NCBI GenBank assembly: GCA_964016885.1
Contig: OZ024757.1
Span: 1,116,001 to 1,180,000 of the forward strand
Source: Eledone cirrhosa
Taxonomy: Eukaryota
Length of the DNA stretch: 64,000 nucleotides
Direction: 5' to 3'
Shown here: piece after piece, positions 1-15,800 of the stretch
Position numbering within the stretch: the stretch's first letter is position 1
Layout of the letters: each line of letters begins with the position of its first letter
Made by a program: the position numbers and the translations under genes
Notes under the pieces: model-generated
What the model was told of the DNA's origin: nothing
What the model saw: the letters and a program-made list of their open reading frames with translations, nothing else
The model's database searches: none

Positions 1-3000
1 TCTACTCTCAGTCACACCATAGACTGGTGTTCTGTCTAGGGGGACTCTTGTACTCTCAGTCACACGACACCAGAGACTGGTGTCCTGTCTAGGGGGAGTC
101 TTGTACTCTCAGTCCCGCCACACCGTAAACTAGTGTCATGTTTAGAGGGAGTCTTGTACTCTTAGTCACACCATAGACTAGTGTCCTGTCCAGAGGGCGT
201 CTCATACTCTCAGTCACACCATAGACTGGTGCCCTGTATAGAGGGAGTCTTGAACTCTAGGTCACACCATCGACTGGTGTCCTGTCTAGGGGGACTCGTG
301 TACTCTCAGTCACACCACACCATAGGCTGGTGTCCTGTCTAGGGGGAGTGTTGTACTCTCAGTCACACCATAGACTGGTGTCCTGTCTAGGGGGAGTCTC
401 GTATTCTCAGTCACACAATAGACTGGTGTCCTGTCTAGCGGGAAGTATTGTACTCTCAGTCACACCACACCATAGACTTGTAGTCCTGTCTAGGGGGAGT
501 CTTGTATTCTCAGTCACACCATAGACTGGTGTCCTGTCTAGGGGGCGTCTTGTACTCTCAGTCACACCATAGACTTGTGTCCTGTCTATGTGGGAGTCTT
601 GTACTCTGTTTCACCATAGACTGGTGTCCTGTCCAGGGGGAGTCTTGTACCTTCAGTCACGCCATAGACTAGTGTCCCGTCTAGGGGGAATCTTATGCTC
701 TCAGTCACACCATAGAATGGTGTCATGTTTAAGCGGAGTCTTGTACTCTCAGCCACACCACACCGTATACTGGTGTACTGTTCAGGGGATGTCTTGTACT
801 CTCAATCACACCATAGACTTATGTCCTGTCTAGGGGGAGTCTTGTACTCTCAGTCACACCATTGACTGGTGTCCTGTCCAGGGGAAGTCCTGTACTCTTA
901 GTCACACCACAAAATAGACTGGTGTCCTGTCTAGGGGGAGTCTTGTACTCTCAGTCACACCATAGACTGGTGTCCTGTCTAGGTGCGAGTCTTGTATTCT
1001 GTCACACTATAGACTGGTGTCCTGTCCAAGGGGAGTCTTGTAATCTCAGTCACACCATAGACTGGTGTCCTGTGTAGGGGGAGTCTTGTACTCTCAGTCA
1101 CACGACACCATAGACTGGTGTCCTGTCTAGGGGGACTCGTGTACTCTCAGTCACACCATAGACTGGTGTCCTGTCTAGGAGGAGTTTTGTACTCTCAGTC
1201 ACACCATAGACTGGTGTCCTGTCTAGGAGGAGTCTTGTACTCTCAGTCACACCATAGACTGGTGTCCTGTCTAGGAGGAGTCTTGTACTCTCAGTCACAC
1301 CATAGACTAGTGTCCTGTCTAGGAGGAGTCTTGTACTCTCAGTCACACCATAGACTGGTGTGCTGTCTAGGAGGAGCCTTGTATTCTCAGTCACACCATA
1401 GACTGGTGTCCTGTCTAGGGGGAGTCTTGTACTCTCAGTCACATCATAGACTGGTGTCCTGTCTAGGGGGAGTCTTGTAGACTCAGTCACACCATAGATG
1501 GTGTCCTGTCTAGGGGGAGTCTTGTACTCTCAGTCACACCATAGACTGCTGTCCTGTCTAGGGAGGAGTCTTGTACTCTCAGTCACACCATAGACTGGTG
1601 TCCTGTCTAGGGGGAGTCTTCTGCTCTCAGTCACACCATACACTGGTGTCCTGTCTAGGGGGAGTCTTGTAGTCTCAGTCACACCATAGACTGGTGTCCT
1701 GTCTAGGGGGAGTCTTGTACTCTCAGTCACAACATTGACTAGTGTCCTGTCTAGGGTGAGTGTTGTACTCTCAGTCACACCACACCATAAACTGGTCTCC
1801 TGTGCAGGGGGAGTCCTGTACTCTCAGCCACACCATAGACTGGTGTCCTGTCCAGGGGGAGTCCTGTACTCTCAGTCACAGCATGGAGAGGTGTCCTGTC
1901 TAGGGGGATTCTTGTATTCTCAGTCCACCACACCATAGACTGGTGTCCTATCCAGGGGGAGACTTGTACTCTCAGTCACACCATAGACTAGAGTCCTGTC
2001 CAGGGGAAGTTTTGTACTCTCAGTCACAACATAGACTGGCGTCCTGTCCAGGGGAAGTCTTGTACTCTCAGTCACACTACACCATAGACTGGTGCCCTGT
2101 CTAGGGGCAGTCCTATACTCTCAGTCACACCATTGACTGGTGTCCTGTTGAGGGGAAGTCTTGTACTCTCAGTCACACCACACCATAGACTGGTGTCCTG
2201 TCCAGTGTAAGTCTTGTACTCTCAGTCACACCACACCATAGACTGGTGTCCTGTCTAGGGTACTCTTGTACTCTCAGTCACACCACACCATAGACTGGTG
2301 TCCTGTCTAGGGGGACTCTTGTACTCTGTCACATCACACCGTTGACTAGTGTCCTGTTTAGGGGGAATCTTGTACTCTCAGTCACACCATAGACTGGTGT
2401 CCTGTCTATGGGATTCTTGTACTAACAGTCACACCAAACAATGGACTAGTGTCCTGTCTAGCGTGAGTCTTGTACTCTCAGTTACAACATAGACTGGTGT
2501 ACTGTCTAGGAGGGGTCTTGTACCCTCAGTCACACCATAGACTGGAGTCCAGGGGGCGTCTTGTACTCTAAGTCACAATACACCATAGACTGGTGTCCTG
2601 CCCAGGGGAAGTTTGTACTCTCAGTCACACCATAGACTGGAGTCCAGGGGGCGTCTTGTACTCTAAGTCACAATACACCATAGACTGGTGTTCTGTCCAG
2701 GGGGAGTTTTATACTCTGTCACACCATAGACTGGTGTCTTGTCCAGGGGAAGTTTTGTACTCTCAGTCACACCATAGACTGGTGTCCTGTCCACGTGAAG
2801 TTTGTACACTCAGTCACACATAGACTGGTGTCTTGTCCAGGGGAAGTCTTGTACTCTCAGTCACACCATAGACTGGTGTCCTGTCCACGGGAAGTTTGTA
2901 CTCTCAGTCACACCATAGACTGGTGTCCTGTTTAGGGGGATTCTTGTACTCTCAGTCACAACATAGACTGGTGTCCTGTCTAGGGGGATTCTTGTACTCT

Positions 3001-6000
3001 CAGTCACACCATAGACTGGTGTCCTCTCTAGGAGGAGTCTTGTATTCTCAGTCACATCATAGACTGGTGTCCTGTCTAGGGGGAGTCTTGTACTCTCAGT
3101 CACATCTTAGACTGGTGTCCTGTCTAGGGGGAGTCTTGTACTCTCAGTCACATCTTAGACTGGTGTCCTGTCCAGGGTGAGTCTTGTACTCTCAGGTACA
3201 CCACACCATAGACTGCTGTCCGTTCAATGGGGAGTCTTCTACTCTCAGTCACACCATAGACTGGTGTCCTGTCCAGGGGAAGTATTGTACTCTCAGTCAA
3301 ACCATAGACTGGTGTCCTGTCTAGGGGACTCTTGTACTCTCAGTCACACGACACCAGAGACTGGTGTCCTGTCTAGGGGGAGACTTGTACTCTCGGTCAC
3401 ACAATAGACGGGTGTCCTACTAGGGGAAGTCGTATACTCTCAGTCACACCATGCATTAGTGTCCTGTCTAGGGGGAGTCTTGTACTCTCAGTCCCGCCAC
3501 ACCGTAAACTAGTGTCATGTTTAGAGGGAGTCTTGTACTCTTAGTCACACCATAGACTGGTGTCCTGTCCAGAGGGCGTCTCGTACTATCAGTCACACCA
3601 TAGACTGGTGCCCTGTATAGAGGGAGTCTTGAACTCTAAGTCACACCATCGATTGGTGTCCTGTCTAGGGGGAGTCTTGTACTCTCAGTCACAACATAGA
3701 TTGGTGTCCTGTCTAGGGGGAGTCTTGTACTCTCAGTCACACCATAGACTGGTGTCCTGTACAGGGGAAGACTTGTACTCTCAGTCACACTATAGACTTA
3801 TGTCCTGTCTAGGGGGACTCTTGTACTCTGTCACACCATAGACTGGTGTCCTCTCTAAGGGGAGTCTTGTACTCTCAGTCACACGACACCATAGACTGGT
3901 GTCCTGTCTAGGGGTACTCGTGTACTCTCAGTCACACCATAGACTGGCGTTCTGTCTAGGAGGAGTCTTGTACTCTCAGTCACACCATAGACTAGTGTCC
4001 TGTCTAGGAGGAGTGTTGTACTCACAGTCACACCATAGACTGGTGTCCTGTCTAGGAGGAGTCTTGTACTCTCAGTCACACCATAGACTGGTGTCCTGTC
4101 TAGGAGGAGTCTTGTACTCTAAGTCACACCATAGACTGGTGTCCTGTCTAGGAGGAGTCTTGTACTCGTAGTCACACCATCAACTGGTGTCCTGTGTAGG
4201 GGGAGACTTGTACTCTCAATCACACCATATACTGGTGTTCTGTCTAGGAGGTGTCTTGTACTCTCAGTCACACCATAGACTGGTGTCCTGTCTAGGAGGA
4301 GTCTTGTACTCTCAGTCACACCATAGACTAGTGTCCTGTCTAGGGGGAGTCTTGTACTCTCAGTCACATCATAGACTGGTGTCCTGTCTAGGGGGAGTCT
4401 TGTAGACTCAGTCACACCATAGATTGGTGTCCTCTCTAGGGGGAGTCTTGTACTCTCAGTCACACCATAGACTGGTGTCCTGTCTAGGGATGAGTCTTGT
4501 ACTCTCAGTCACACCATAGACTGGTGTCCTGTCTAGGGTGAGTCTTCTGCTCTCAGTCACACCATAGACTGGTGTCCTGTCAAGGGGGAGTCTTGTACTC
4601 TCAGTCACAACATTGACTAGTGTCCTGTCTAGGGTGAGTGTTGTACTCTCAGTCACACCACACCATAAACTGGTCTCCTGTGCAGGGGGAGTCCTGTACT
4701 CTCAGCCACACCATAGACTGGTGTCCTGTCCAGGGGGAGTCCTGTACTCTCAGTCACAGCATGGAGAGGTGTCCTGTCTAGGGGGATTCTTGTATTCTCA
4801 GTCCACCACACCATAGACTGGTGTCCTGTCCAGGGGGAGACTTGTACTCTCAGTCACACCATAGACTAGAGTCCTGTCCAGGGGAAGTTTTGTACTCTCA
4901 GTCACAACATAGACTGGCGTCCTGTCCAGGGGAAGTCTTGCACTCTCAGTCACACTACACCATAGACTGGTGCCCTATCTAGGGGCAGTCCTGTACTCTC
5001 AGTCACACCATTGACTGGTGTCCTGTTGAGGGGAAGTCTTGTACTCTGAGTCACACCACACCATAGACTGGTGTCCTGTCCAGGGGAAGTCTTGTACTCT
5101 CAGTCACACCACACCATAGACTGGTGTCCTGTCTAGGATACTCTTGTACTCTCAGTCACACCACACCATAGACTGGTGTCCTGTCTAGGGGGACTCTTGT
5201 ACTCTGTCACACCACACCGTTGACTAGTGTCCTGTTTAGGGGGAATCTTGTACTCTCAGTCACACCATAGACTGGTGTCCTGTCTATGGGAGTCTTGTAC
5301 TCTCAGTCACACCAAACAATGGACTAGTGTCCTGTCTAGCGTGAGTCTTGTACTCTCAGTTACAACATAGACTGGTGTCCTGTCTAGGAGGAGTCTTGTA
5401 CCCTCAGTCACACCATAGACTGGAGTCCAGGGGGCGTCTTGTACTCTAAGTCCCAATACACCATAGACTGGTGTTCTGTCCAGGGGGCGTCTTATACTCT
5501 CAGTCACACCATAGACTGGTGTCCTGCCGAGGGGAAGTTTGTACTCTCAGTGACACCATAGACAGGAGTCCAGGGGGCGTCTTGTACTCTAAGTCACAAT
5601 ACACCATAGACTGGTGTCCTGCCCAGGGGAAGTTTGTACTCTCAGTCACACCATAGACTGGAGTCCAGGGGGCGTCTTGTACTCTAAGTCACAATACACC
5701 ATAGACTGGTGTTCTGTCCAGGGGGAGTTTTATACTCTCAGTCACAGCATAGACTGGTGTCTTGTCCAGGGGAAGTTTTGTACTCTCAGTCACACCATAG
5801 ACTGGTGTCCTGTCCACGGGAAGTTTGTACTCTCAGTCACACCATAGACTGGTGTCTTGTCCAGTGGAAGTCTTGTACTCTCAGTCACACCATAGACTGG
5901 TGTCCTGTCCACGGGAAGTTTGTACTCTCAGTCACACCATAGACTGGTGTCCTGTCTAGGGGGATTCTTGTACTCTCAGTCACAACATAGACTGGTGTCC

Positions 6001-9000
6001 TGTCTAGGGGGAGTCTTATACTCTCAGTCACACCACACCATAGACTGGTGTTCTGTCCAGGGTGAGTCTTGTAATCTCAGGTACACCACACTATAGACTG
6101 CTGTCCGTTCAATGGGGAGTCTTCTACTCTCAGTCGCACCATAGACTGGTGTCCTGTCACGGGGGAGTTGTGTACTCTCAGTCACACGATAGACTGGTGT
6201 CCTGTCTAGGGGGACTCTTGTACTCTCAGTCACACGACACCAGAGACTGGTGTCCTGTCTAGTTGGAGCCTTGTACTCTCGGTCACACAATAGACGGGTA
6301 ACCTACTAGGGGAAGTCGTATACTCTCAGTCACACCATGCATTAGTGTCCTGTCTAGGGGTAGTCTTGTACTCTCAGTCCCGCCACACCGTAAAATAGTG
6401 TCATGTTTAGAGGGAGTCTTGTACTCTTAGTCACACCATAGACTGGTGTCCTGTCCAGAGGGCGTCTCGTACTCTCAGTCACACCATAGACTGGTGCCCT
6501 GTATAGAGGGAGTCTTGAACTCTAGGTCACACCATCGACTGGTGTGTCCTGTCTAGGGGGAGTCTTGTACTCTCAGTCACAACATAGACTGGTGTCTTGT
6601 CTAGGTGCAGTCTTGTACTCACAGTCACACGACACCATAGACTGGTGTCCTGTCTAGGGGGACTCGTGTACTCTCAGTCACACCACACCATAGACTGGTG
6701 TCCTGTCTAGGGGGAGTCTTGTACTCTCAGTCACACCATAGACTGGTGTTCTGTCTAGGGGGAGTCTCGTATTCTCAGTCATACCATAGACTGGTGTCCT
6801 GTCTAGGGGGAAGTATTGTACTCTCAGTCACACCACACCATAGACTGGTGTCCTGTCTAGGGGGAGTCTTGTATTCTCAGTCACACCATAGACTGGTGTC
6901 CTGTCTAGGGGGCGTCTTGTACTCTCAGTCACACCATGGACTTGTGTCCTGTCTATGTGGGAGTCATGTACTCTATTTCACCATAGACTGGTGTCCTGTC
7001 CAGGGGGGGGTCTTGTACTCTCAGTCACGCCATAGACTAGTGTCCCGTCTAGGGGGAATCTTGTGCTCTCAGTCACACCATAGAATGGTGTGATGTCTAA
7101 GCGGAGTCTTGTACTCTCAGCCACACCACACCGTATACTGGTGTACTGTTCAGGGTATGTCTTGTACTCTCAGTCACACCATAGACTGGTGTCCTGTCTA
7201 GGGGGAGTCTTGTCCTCTCAGTCACACCATTGACTGGTGTCCTGTCCAGGGGAAGTCTTGTACTCTTAGTCACACCACAAAATAGACTGGTGTCCTGTCT
7301 AGGGGGAGTCTTGTACTCTCAATCACACCATTGACTGGTGTCCTGTCCAGGGGAAGTCTTGTACTCTTAGTCACACAACAAAATATACTGGTGTCCTGTC
7401 TAGGTGGAGTTTTGTACTCTCAATCACACCATAGACTTATGTCCTGTCTAGGGGGAGTCTTGTCCTCTCAGTCACACCATACACTGGTGTCCTCTCTAGG
7501 GGGGGGGGTCTTGTACTCTCAGTCATATCATAGACTGGTGTGCTCTCTATGGGGAGTATTGTACTCTCAGTCACACCATAGACTGGTGTCCTGTCTAGGG
7601 GGAGTATTGTACTCTCAGTCACACCACACCTTAGACTGGTGTGCTGTCTAGGGGGAGTCTTGTACTCTCAGTCACTCCATAGACTGGTGTCCTGTCTAGG
7701 GTGAGACTTGTACTCTCAGTCACACCACACCATTGACTGGTGTCCTGTCTAGGGGGCATCTTGTACTCTCAGTCACACCATAGACTGGTGTCCTATCCAG
7801 GGAGAGTCTTCTACTCTCAGTCACACCACATCATAGACTTGTGTCCTGTCTAGGGGAAGTCTTGTACTCTCAGTCACACCATAGACTAGTGTCCTGTCTA
7901 GGGGGAGTCTTATACTCTCAGTCACGTGACACCGTAAACTAGTGTCCTCTTTAGGGGGAGTCTTGTACACTCAGTCACACCATAGACTAGTGTCCTGTCC
8001 AGGGGAAGACTTGTACTCTCAGTTACACCACACCATAGATTGGTGTCCTGTCTAGGGGGAGTTTTGTACTCTCTGTCACACCATTGACTAAAGTCCTGTC
8101 TAAGGGGAGTCTTGTACGCTCAGTAACACCACACCATGGACTGCTGTCCTGTCAGGGGGATTCTTGTACTCTGTCACACCATAGACTGGTGTCGTGTCCA
8201 GGGGGAGTATTGTACTCTCAGTCACAGCATAGATTAGTGTCCTGTCTAGGGGAGTGTTGTACTCTTAGTCACAGCATAGACTAGTGTCCTGTCTAAGGCA
8301 AGTCTTGTACTCTCAGTCACACCACACCATAGACTAGTGTCCTGTTTAGGGGGAGTCTTGTACTCTCAGTCACAGCACACCATAGACTGGTGTCCTGTCC
8401 AAGGGTAGCCTTGTACTCTCAGTCACATCATAGACTGGTGCCCTGTCTAGGGGTAGTCTTGTACTCTCAGTCACACCATAGACTGGTGTCCTGTCTAGGG
8501 GAGTATTGTACTCTCAGTCACACCATAGACTAGTGTCCTGTCTATGGGGACTCATGTACTCTCACTCACACCACACCATGGACTGGTGTCCTGTTTACAG
8601 GGAGTATTGTACTCTCAGTCACACCATAGAATAGTGTCCTGTCTATGGGGACTCATGTACTCTCAGTCACACCGCACCATGGACTGGTGTCCTGTCTAGG
8701 GGGAGTCTTGTATTCTCCGTCACACCACACCATAGACTGGTTTCCTGTCTAGGGGGAGTCTTGTACTCTCAGTCACACCATAGACTGGTGTCCTGTCTAG
8801 GGGGTGTCTTGTATTCTCCGTCACACCACACCATAGACTGGTTTCCTGTCTAGGGGGAGTCTTGTACTCTCAGTCACACCATAGACTAGTGTCCTGTCTA
8901 TGGGGACTCATGTACACTCAGTCACACCACACCATGGACTGGTGTCCTGTCTAGGGGGAGTCTTGTACTCTCAGTCACACAATAGACTAGTGTCCTGTCT

Positions 9001-9395
9001 AAGAGGAGTCTTGTACTCTCAGTCACACAATAGACTAGTGTCCTGTCTAGGAGGAGTTTTGTACTCTCAGTCACACCATAGACTGGTGTCCTGTCTAAGA
9101 GGAGTCTTGTACTCTCAGTCACACAATAGACTAGTGTCCTGTCTAGGGGGAGTCTTGTACTCTCAGTCACACCATCGACTGGTGTCCTGTCTAGGGGAAG
9201 TCTTGTACTCTCAGTCACCCCATAGACTGGTGTTGTGACCAGGGGGCGTCTTGTACTCTCAGTCACACCATCGACTGGTGTCCTGTCTAGGGGAAGTCTT
9301 GTACTCTCAGTCACCCCATAGACTGGTGTTGTGTCCAGGGGGCGTCTTGTACTCTCTGTCACACGTTTGACTGGAGTCCTGTCTACTGGTGTCCC
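1..9395. repeat. 48-bp satellite array (consensus TCTTGTACTCTCAGTCACACCATAGACTGGTGTCCTGTCTAGGGGGAG; 53-bp variants with extra CACAC), left block, runs off window start
   Basis: Direct tandem repetition; the 16-aa periodicity of spurious ORFs (SCLGGVLYSQSHHRLV) confirms the 48-bp unit. Confidence 0.98.
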
Positions 9396-10535
9396 CTACT
9401 AAATATGTCCTACTGATAAATATGAACTCTCAGAATTGTCTGAGAGTTCATATTCATCAGTAGGACAATCGTAGCCCATGTGTCCAGTTTTTTGAAAATC
9501 GGTTTCGAACTCCAGAAGTTATGACGTTTTGTTGCATTGCACTGCAGTTCTTCAGTCAACCCCAAGGAAGTTGGTTAAAGGGGGTTATCTGCCGAGAGGC
9601 CCTATAATCAATATCTGGAAAAATGAAAGTGCCCATGACCATCCGGAGTACATAAGTAACTTATGTCTTAAGTTTGGTGAAAATACTGTAGAAATGCATA
9701 AGCTTTACACATACGCGCGCGTGCGTGCTTGCGTGTATGTGTGTTTGTCGGTGTGTATGTATTTGAGTGTGCGTATGTATGTGTATGTCCGTCGGGGCAT
9801 ACGTATGTACTGGCCTAAATCTTCACTATTTACTTTTACTATTTTAATAACCTCTGTCATTTTCGCTTTCAATTTTATTTACATCATTATTAAACTCCGG
9901 GGCTGGAAATCATTCTGTTATTTAAAATAGAATATTAGTCTAACGACTCCATTTATACCATGAACTTGGTCTTGTCCTTGCATGAAATTGTTCTTCTCGG
10001 TCCAAATAACGACCTATTATCCTCGCTTTTTTTTTCATTCATTGCCAGGCAACGTCTTTACGAACCAAAATATCGTCTTCCTGTTTTCCTTCGGTTGCAA
10101 CGTTTCTCGAAATATTTACTTCTGCGTTCACAGATTACTCTCAGTTCAATTTGAATGGGAAATTCCAGTTTCATCGATTTTCTCCGTAACCAAGCAAACT
10201 TGTAGCGTGAAATTCGACACAACGCCTCCTCAGGTCATTCCGCATAAGTGTGTAAATTTCCGCTGCATTCCACCAAGCTGTTTCGACGTTTAAATAGCAG
10301 TTGTGTATACCATTTAGGTCAATACTACAGTGTTGAAATGAAAATGACAGAGGTTATTAAAATAGTAAAAGTAAATAGTGAAGATTTAGGCCAGTACATA
10401 CGTATGCCCCGGCGGACATACACATACATACGCACACACAAATACATACACACCCATAAACACACACACACACACGCACGCACGCACTCGTATGTATAAA
10501 TCTTATGCATTTCTACAGTATTTTCACCAAACTTA
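9396..10535. mobile_element. Mosaic insertion of non-autonomous Helitron-like sequence inside the satellite
   Basis: About 9440-9668 matches 12140-12368 and 10291-10335 matches 12008-12052, a copy that ends in a hairpin + CTAG. Arms 9670-9872 and 10333-10535 are inverted copies. Confidence 0.6.
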
Positions 10536-11654
<1,119 letters not shown>

Positions 11655-11787
11655 ACACATATATATATATAAAATTTTGAAAGCCACAACAATATGTAAT
11701 GAAGAAATATATATATTTATATATATATATAGATGTACATATGTATAGAAATATGTATATATGTATAGAAATATATATAGAGAGAGA

Positions 11788-11950
11788 ATAGAAAACGAAA
11801 AATCAGCTCGTGACGCTCAATTGTAACACGATAAATAGAGTTCCGACGCATCACTGATTTTTCGTTTTCTATTCTATCATACACTACTCTGTAAAAGCAA
11901 AGAGTTCTCAACCGGCATACCGCCTATGGAAGCATCTTAGCTACCATCAG
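11788..11950 (+). mobile_element. Tail of small PLE-associated repeat family D, ending in (CA)n
   Basis: Homologous to 36470-36605 and 56650-56745; short internal inversion ATAGAAAACGAAAAATCAG/CTGATTTTTCGTTTTCTAT. Confidence 0.6.
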
Positions 11951-11977
11951 ACACACACACATATGTATATATATATA

Positions 11978-12368
11978 TACTAGAAGAGGCTCCCGGAGTT
12001 GCTCGGGTAAATAGCAGTTGTGTATAACATTTATGTCAATACTTCAGTGCTGCTTCGAAAACTATACTTTTACAAATTCATCGGCTTTTTCTAAAAGGGG
12101 ATTCCTGCCCCCAAGTGTCCCCTACTCAATATGTGCCAATTCTGAGGGTTCACATTCATCTGTAGGACAATCGTAGCCCATGTGTCAAGTATTTTGAAAA
12201 TCGGTTGCGAACTCCAGAAGTTATGACGTTTTGTTGTATTGCACTGCAGTTCTTCAGTCGACTCCAAGGAAGTGATTAACGGGGGTTATCTGCCGAGAGG
12301 CCCTATAATCAATATCTGGAAAAATGAAAGTGCCCATGACCATCCGGAGTACATAAGTAACCTATGTC
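11978..12368 (-). mobile_element. Non-autonomous Helitron-like element, 3' end
   Basis: Minus strand ends ...CCCGAGCAACTCCGGG-AGCCTCTT-CTAG|T: GC hairpin followed by CTAG and a T target, the typical Helitron 3' terminus. Confidence 0.65.
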
Positions 12369-12369
12369 A

Positions 12370-12577
12370 TTGAAATGTTCATAGTATAATAAACTTTAAG
12401 GAATTACACCAGTCCAGCCTCCTGTTATTTTATAATAATTAACTCCGTACTCGCACCACCAACAACACAAACGAAGACGGGTGAGTTGCATTACGTCGAG
12501 TGCTCTCCCTAATATTACATCAAGGTTGACCATACGGAATGACCAGTTCTATCCAGTGGTGAACCAACAAACCTAAA

Positions 12578-12580
<3 letters not shown>
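12370..12580 (+). repeat. Interspersed repeat family E (ends in (TA)n)
   Basis: Near-identical segment at 43430-43555; related pieces at 32915-33050 and, inverted, at 35285-35355. Confidence 0.65.
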
Positions 12581-12632
<52 letters not shown>

Positions 12633-12676
12633 ATTAAGTCAAATATCTGAAATTTGGCTTCGTTTATTAAAGAAAT

Positions 12677-12731
12677 AATGCTATATATATTTCGGTGACA
12701 GCCATCATTGGCTGTGACCTCTTTAGGCAGT
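12677..12731 (-). ncRNA. Type I hammerhead ribozyme, degenerate (G5A)
   Basis: tgc-CTAAAGA-ggtCacagcca(atga)tggctgtCacc-GAAA-tatata-TA-gca. Confidence 0.6.
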
Positions 12732-13006
12732 CCGAATTGGTGTGGTAGAGACAGGTATACACGTTGTTGAAGTGTGTTTTACTCCGTCAATACTCCGATA
12801 TGTCCAGCTCCTGGTTGTGTTGTTATTTCTCTGAGGAACTGGAATCATAAATATATATATATATATACATATATGTAGAAGTTCTATTTAAATTGTTGGG
12901 ATACAACAAGCAAATATTTTTATAACTGATATAGAGCACTCAACAAATTATTGGAGTAAAAATACGATATATTAACAAATGGAAACTATATTTATAAAAC
13001 CATATT

Positions 13007-13071
13007 TATTTCATTATACATATTTCAAGGACACCAAGTTAAATTATGGTGTGCTTTCATCAGATAAAATA
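13007..13071 (-). ncRNA. Type I hammerhead ribozyme, family B (unit about 12875-13150)
   Basis: tattttat-CTGATGA-aagCacacca..tggtgtCctt-GAAA-tatgta-TA-atgaaata; 8-bp stem I, near-palindromic stem III. Confidence 0.85.
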
Positions 13072-14100
13072 TAATATAGATCAGTTTTATAAATAAATAT
13101 TGACATACCCTTAAAGAATGCGACCATTTCTGTTGGAAGCTCCCGGATAGTGGGGTTATTAAATTTATTTATTCTATTATGCAAATTAGTGTCGGATATG
13201 TTTAAATCACAGTAGATTTTAAATAAGCCGTTGGGGTATGGAGAAAGGGAAAGAAAAGAAAGAGAAAAAAGAGCAAACTCTAAGAGGAAAATAAGAAAAC
13301 AAGAAAAAGAGAAAGAGAAGAAAAGAGAAAAATAGAAAGAGAAAGAGAAAGAGAAAGCTCTAAGTGATAGGTTATTGTATTAGCGTAACTTTTAAGATGA
13401 AGTGAAAAAAAAAATTTATTGGATGAGTAAAGAAGAGTAAATAAGCGTGAATAGAAAATAAATAAATAATAATAACTGGAGAATTTTAACCAGTGTTTAA
13501 ATATTATTAAATATTTAGTTTATCAATTAAATTATCAATTAAAATTGGGATCTATATTATTAAAAAATCTATATATTATTAAAACTATATATTATTAAAA
13601 AATCTATATATTATTAAAAGAATATATTCATATATATACATACGCACACATACATATGTATACATATAAATATATATATATACCTCCACATACATACATA
13701 TACATACATACAATAAAGGACTTTTTATGTTTAAGATATAGGAATTTTTCTAAACTTATAGATTTTTCGGAGAAAACGGAGAAAAACCCGGAGAAAATCA
13801 TTTCTATGTAATAGCAAAACAGCGTGAAGGAAATTAAGTTATTTACTTATATTAAATGTTATAAATGTTAAGATAATAAGGTAAATTTAAGATTATACAA
13901 ACCTTATATTATTTAATAGATTTTATAAATTTTATATCTAATAAATCCACCTGTTATGTAGTTGTGACTGTTATTATATAAGTTTGTTTATCATAAACCG
14001 TAAGAAATCGCTTATAACCGAGTGCATTCGAACTGTATGCATATATACATATACACAACCCCCACATAGATACACATATATACACATACCGGTAGACATG

Positions 14101-14216
<116 letters not shown>

Positions 14217-14744
14217 AAAGTACATAGTATAATTAAAGTACATAATATATAAAATAAAATAAAAATGAACTATAGTTTTAAAAGGAATTACGATTTGGAA
14301 ATATATTCTTACAATTATAAGCAATATAATTTAAAAAAATATTTTAAAATATTTTAAGATATAATTTTTAAATAAGAATATGTCTAAAAAAATTCAGTAT
14401 AAAAATTATATATATAATTTCAATTATATATTATTTTAGTCGAAAGATGTGTGAATGTTTGAATATCAAAAAGAGAGGAAAAACGTAATGTGCTTTTCGA
14501 AGAACTATCGTAAAGAGGATAAATTTTCAGAATGTCAATTAAAGATTATCAATCTACGTCTAAAAAAATATATTTAGAGGGGTGTCATTAGAAAAATAAT
14601 GTAATAATTTAAAATATTAAATATATATATTAAAAAAATATTAAAAATATTAAAAATATTAAAAAATTTACATTTAAATTTTTAAAGAAAATAGGATCAT
14701 TTTGAAGGTGTATAGGAATACTATAAATTAAAAATAGTTCTGAA

Positions 14745-15035
14745 CGTGGAAGTTTGGCGATGTTTGCAAGAAGAAAATAATTCTGTTCTAAGAGTTTTGA
14801 CAGTTAATTATATAAAAAATTTCTTCGATACACAAGTTACAGAATCTTGATAAAGCCGTATTTCGGTACGCAGGTGCTTTCGAAATCGTTCTCCAAGATA
14901 TGAATAATCTATGTTGTTGTCTTTTAAGTTCCAAATTAGATGTGAAAGTGAAGTAGAAGATTTTTTATCGGATCTCCTAAATGTGTGTTTATGGTTATTC
15001 CAGCGTTCTTTGAATTTTGTTGAAGTGTATATATG
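14745..15035 (-). pseudogene. Penelope-like element GIY-YIG endonuclease C-terminal fragment (frameshifted)
   Basis: TKFKERWNNHKHTFR..SLSHLIWNLKDNN, then CNLCIEE and SSCKHR in other frames; colinear with the EN at 49700-50362. Confidence 0.75.
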
Positions 15036-15044
15036 TATGTGTTT

Positions 15045-15365
15045 ACTTCGTTTTTGAATTTGCTTTGTAAGATTTCTTAACGTGTGTTGAAACATATTGT
15101 TGTTCTTTGGGAGGGTCATGCTGGCAATAAAAACACACGCACGTGTTGTTTTTTACTTCAATTTATTATAAATTGGTGTAGAACAGAACAAAGGAGAAAC
15201 ACAAAATAGAAGCCCAGTCACTGAGGAGGTCACAGAATGTGTAACGAAAGAGCTTTGACAATACATAAACAACCCTCCGGTTGTCGAACCTTATAATGAA
15301 TTGAAGTGAAAATCAACATGTGTGTGTTTTTATTGGCAGCAGACCCTCCCAAAGTATAACAATAG
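15045..15365 (+). mobile_element. Family A small PLE-derived unit with inverted arms and HHR at 15217-15259
   Basis: gtca-CTGAGGA-g-gtcaca(gaatg)tgtaac-GAAA-gagc-TT-tgac; 15101-15170 is an inverted copy of 15291-15360; homologous to 46975-47540. Confidence 0.8.
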
Positions 15366-15400
15366 CGATATATATATATTTACATAAACACACACATATA

Positions 15401-15541
<141 letters not shown>

Positions 15542-15704
15542 CAAAGAGCGTGTCGTAGAGTTCGGATCTAGCTGTCGAAACGGCCGGAGCTCAGCCGTCG
15601 GGGTCCTGACTCTTTTCCTATTACCTACTCTACTACCCTAAGTATCGAGTACTCTGGTGCATTATGGTCCACCTGGTTCCTTACCACACTTCCTTCGTTA
15701 TATA

Positions 15705-15800
15705 TCTATATATATATAAAGTTGTAGTTCCTGTCTGTCTGTTTGTTCACGGACTCCTATGGTTTTGGAGATAGACCCCCATAACCATATAGAAATGTTA
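15705..15800 (+). mobile_element. Probable Helitron-like 5' end
   Basis: A|TCTATATATATATAAAG..CTGTCTGTCTGTTTGTT start resembles non-autonomous Helitron 5' termini; no 3' end seen. Confidence 0.4.
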
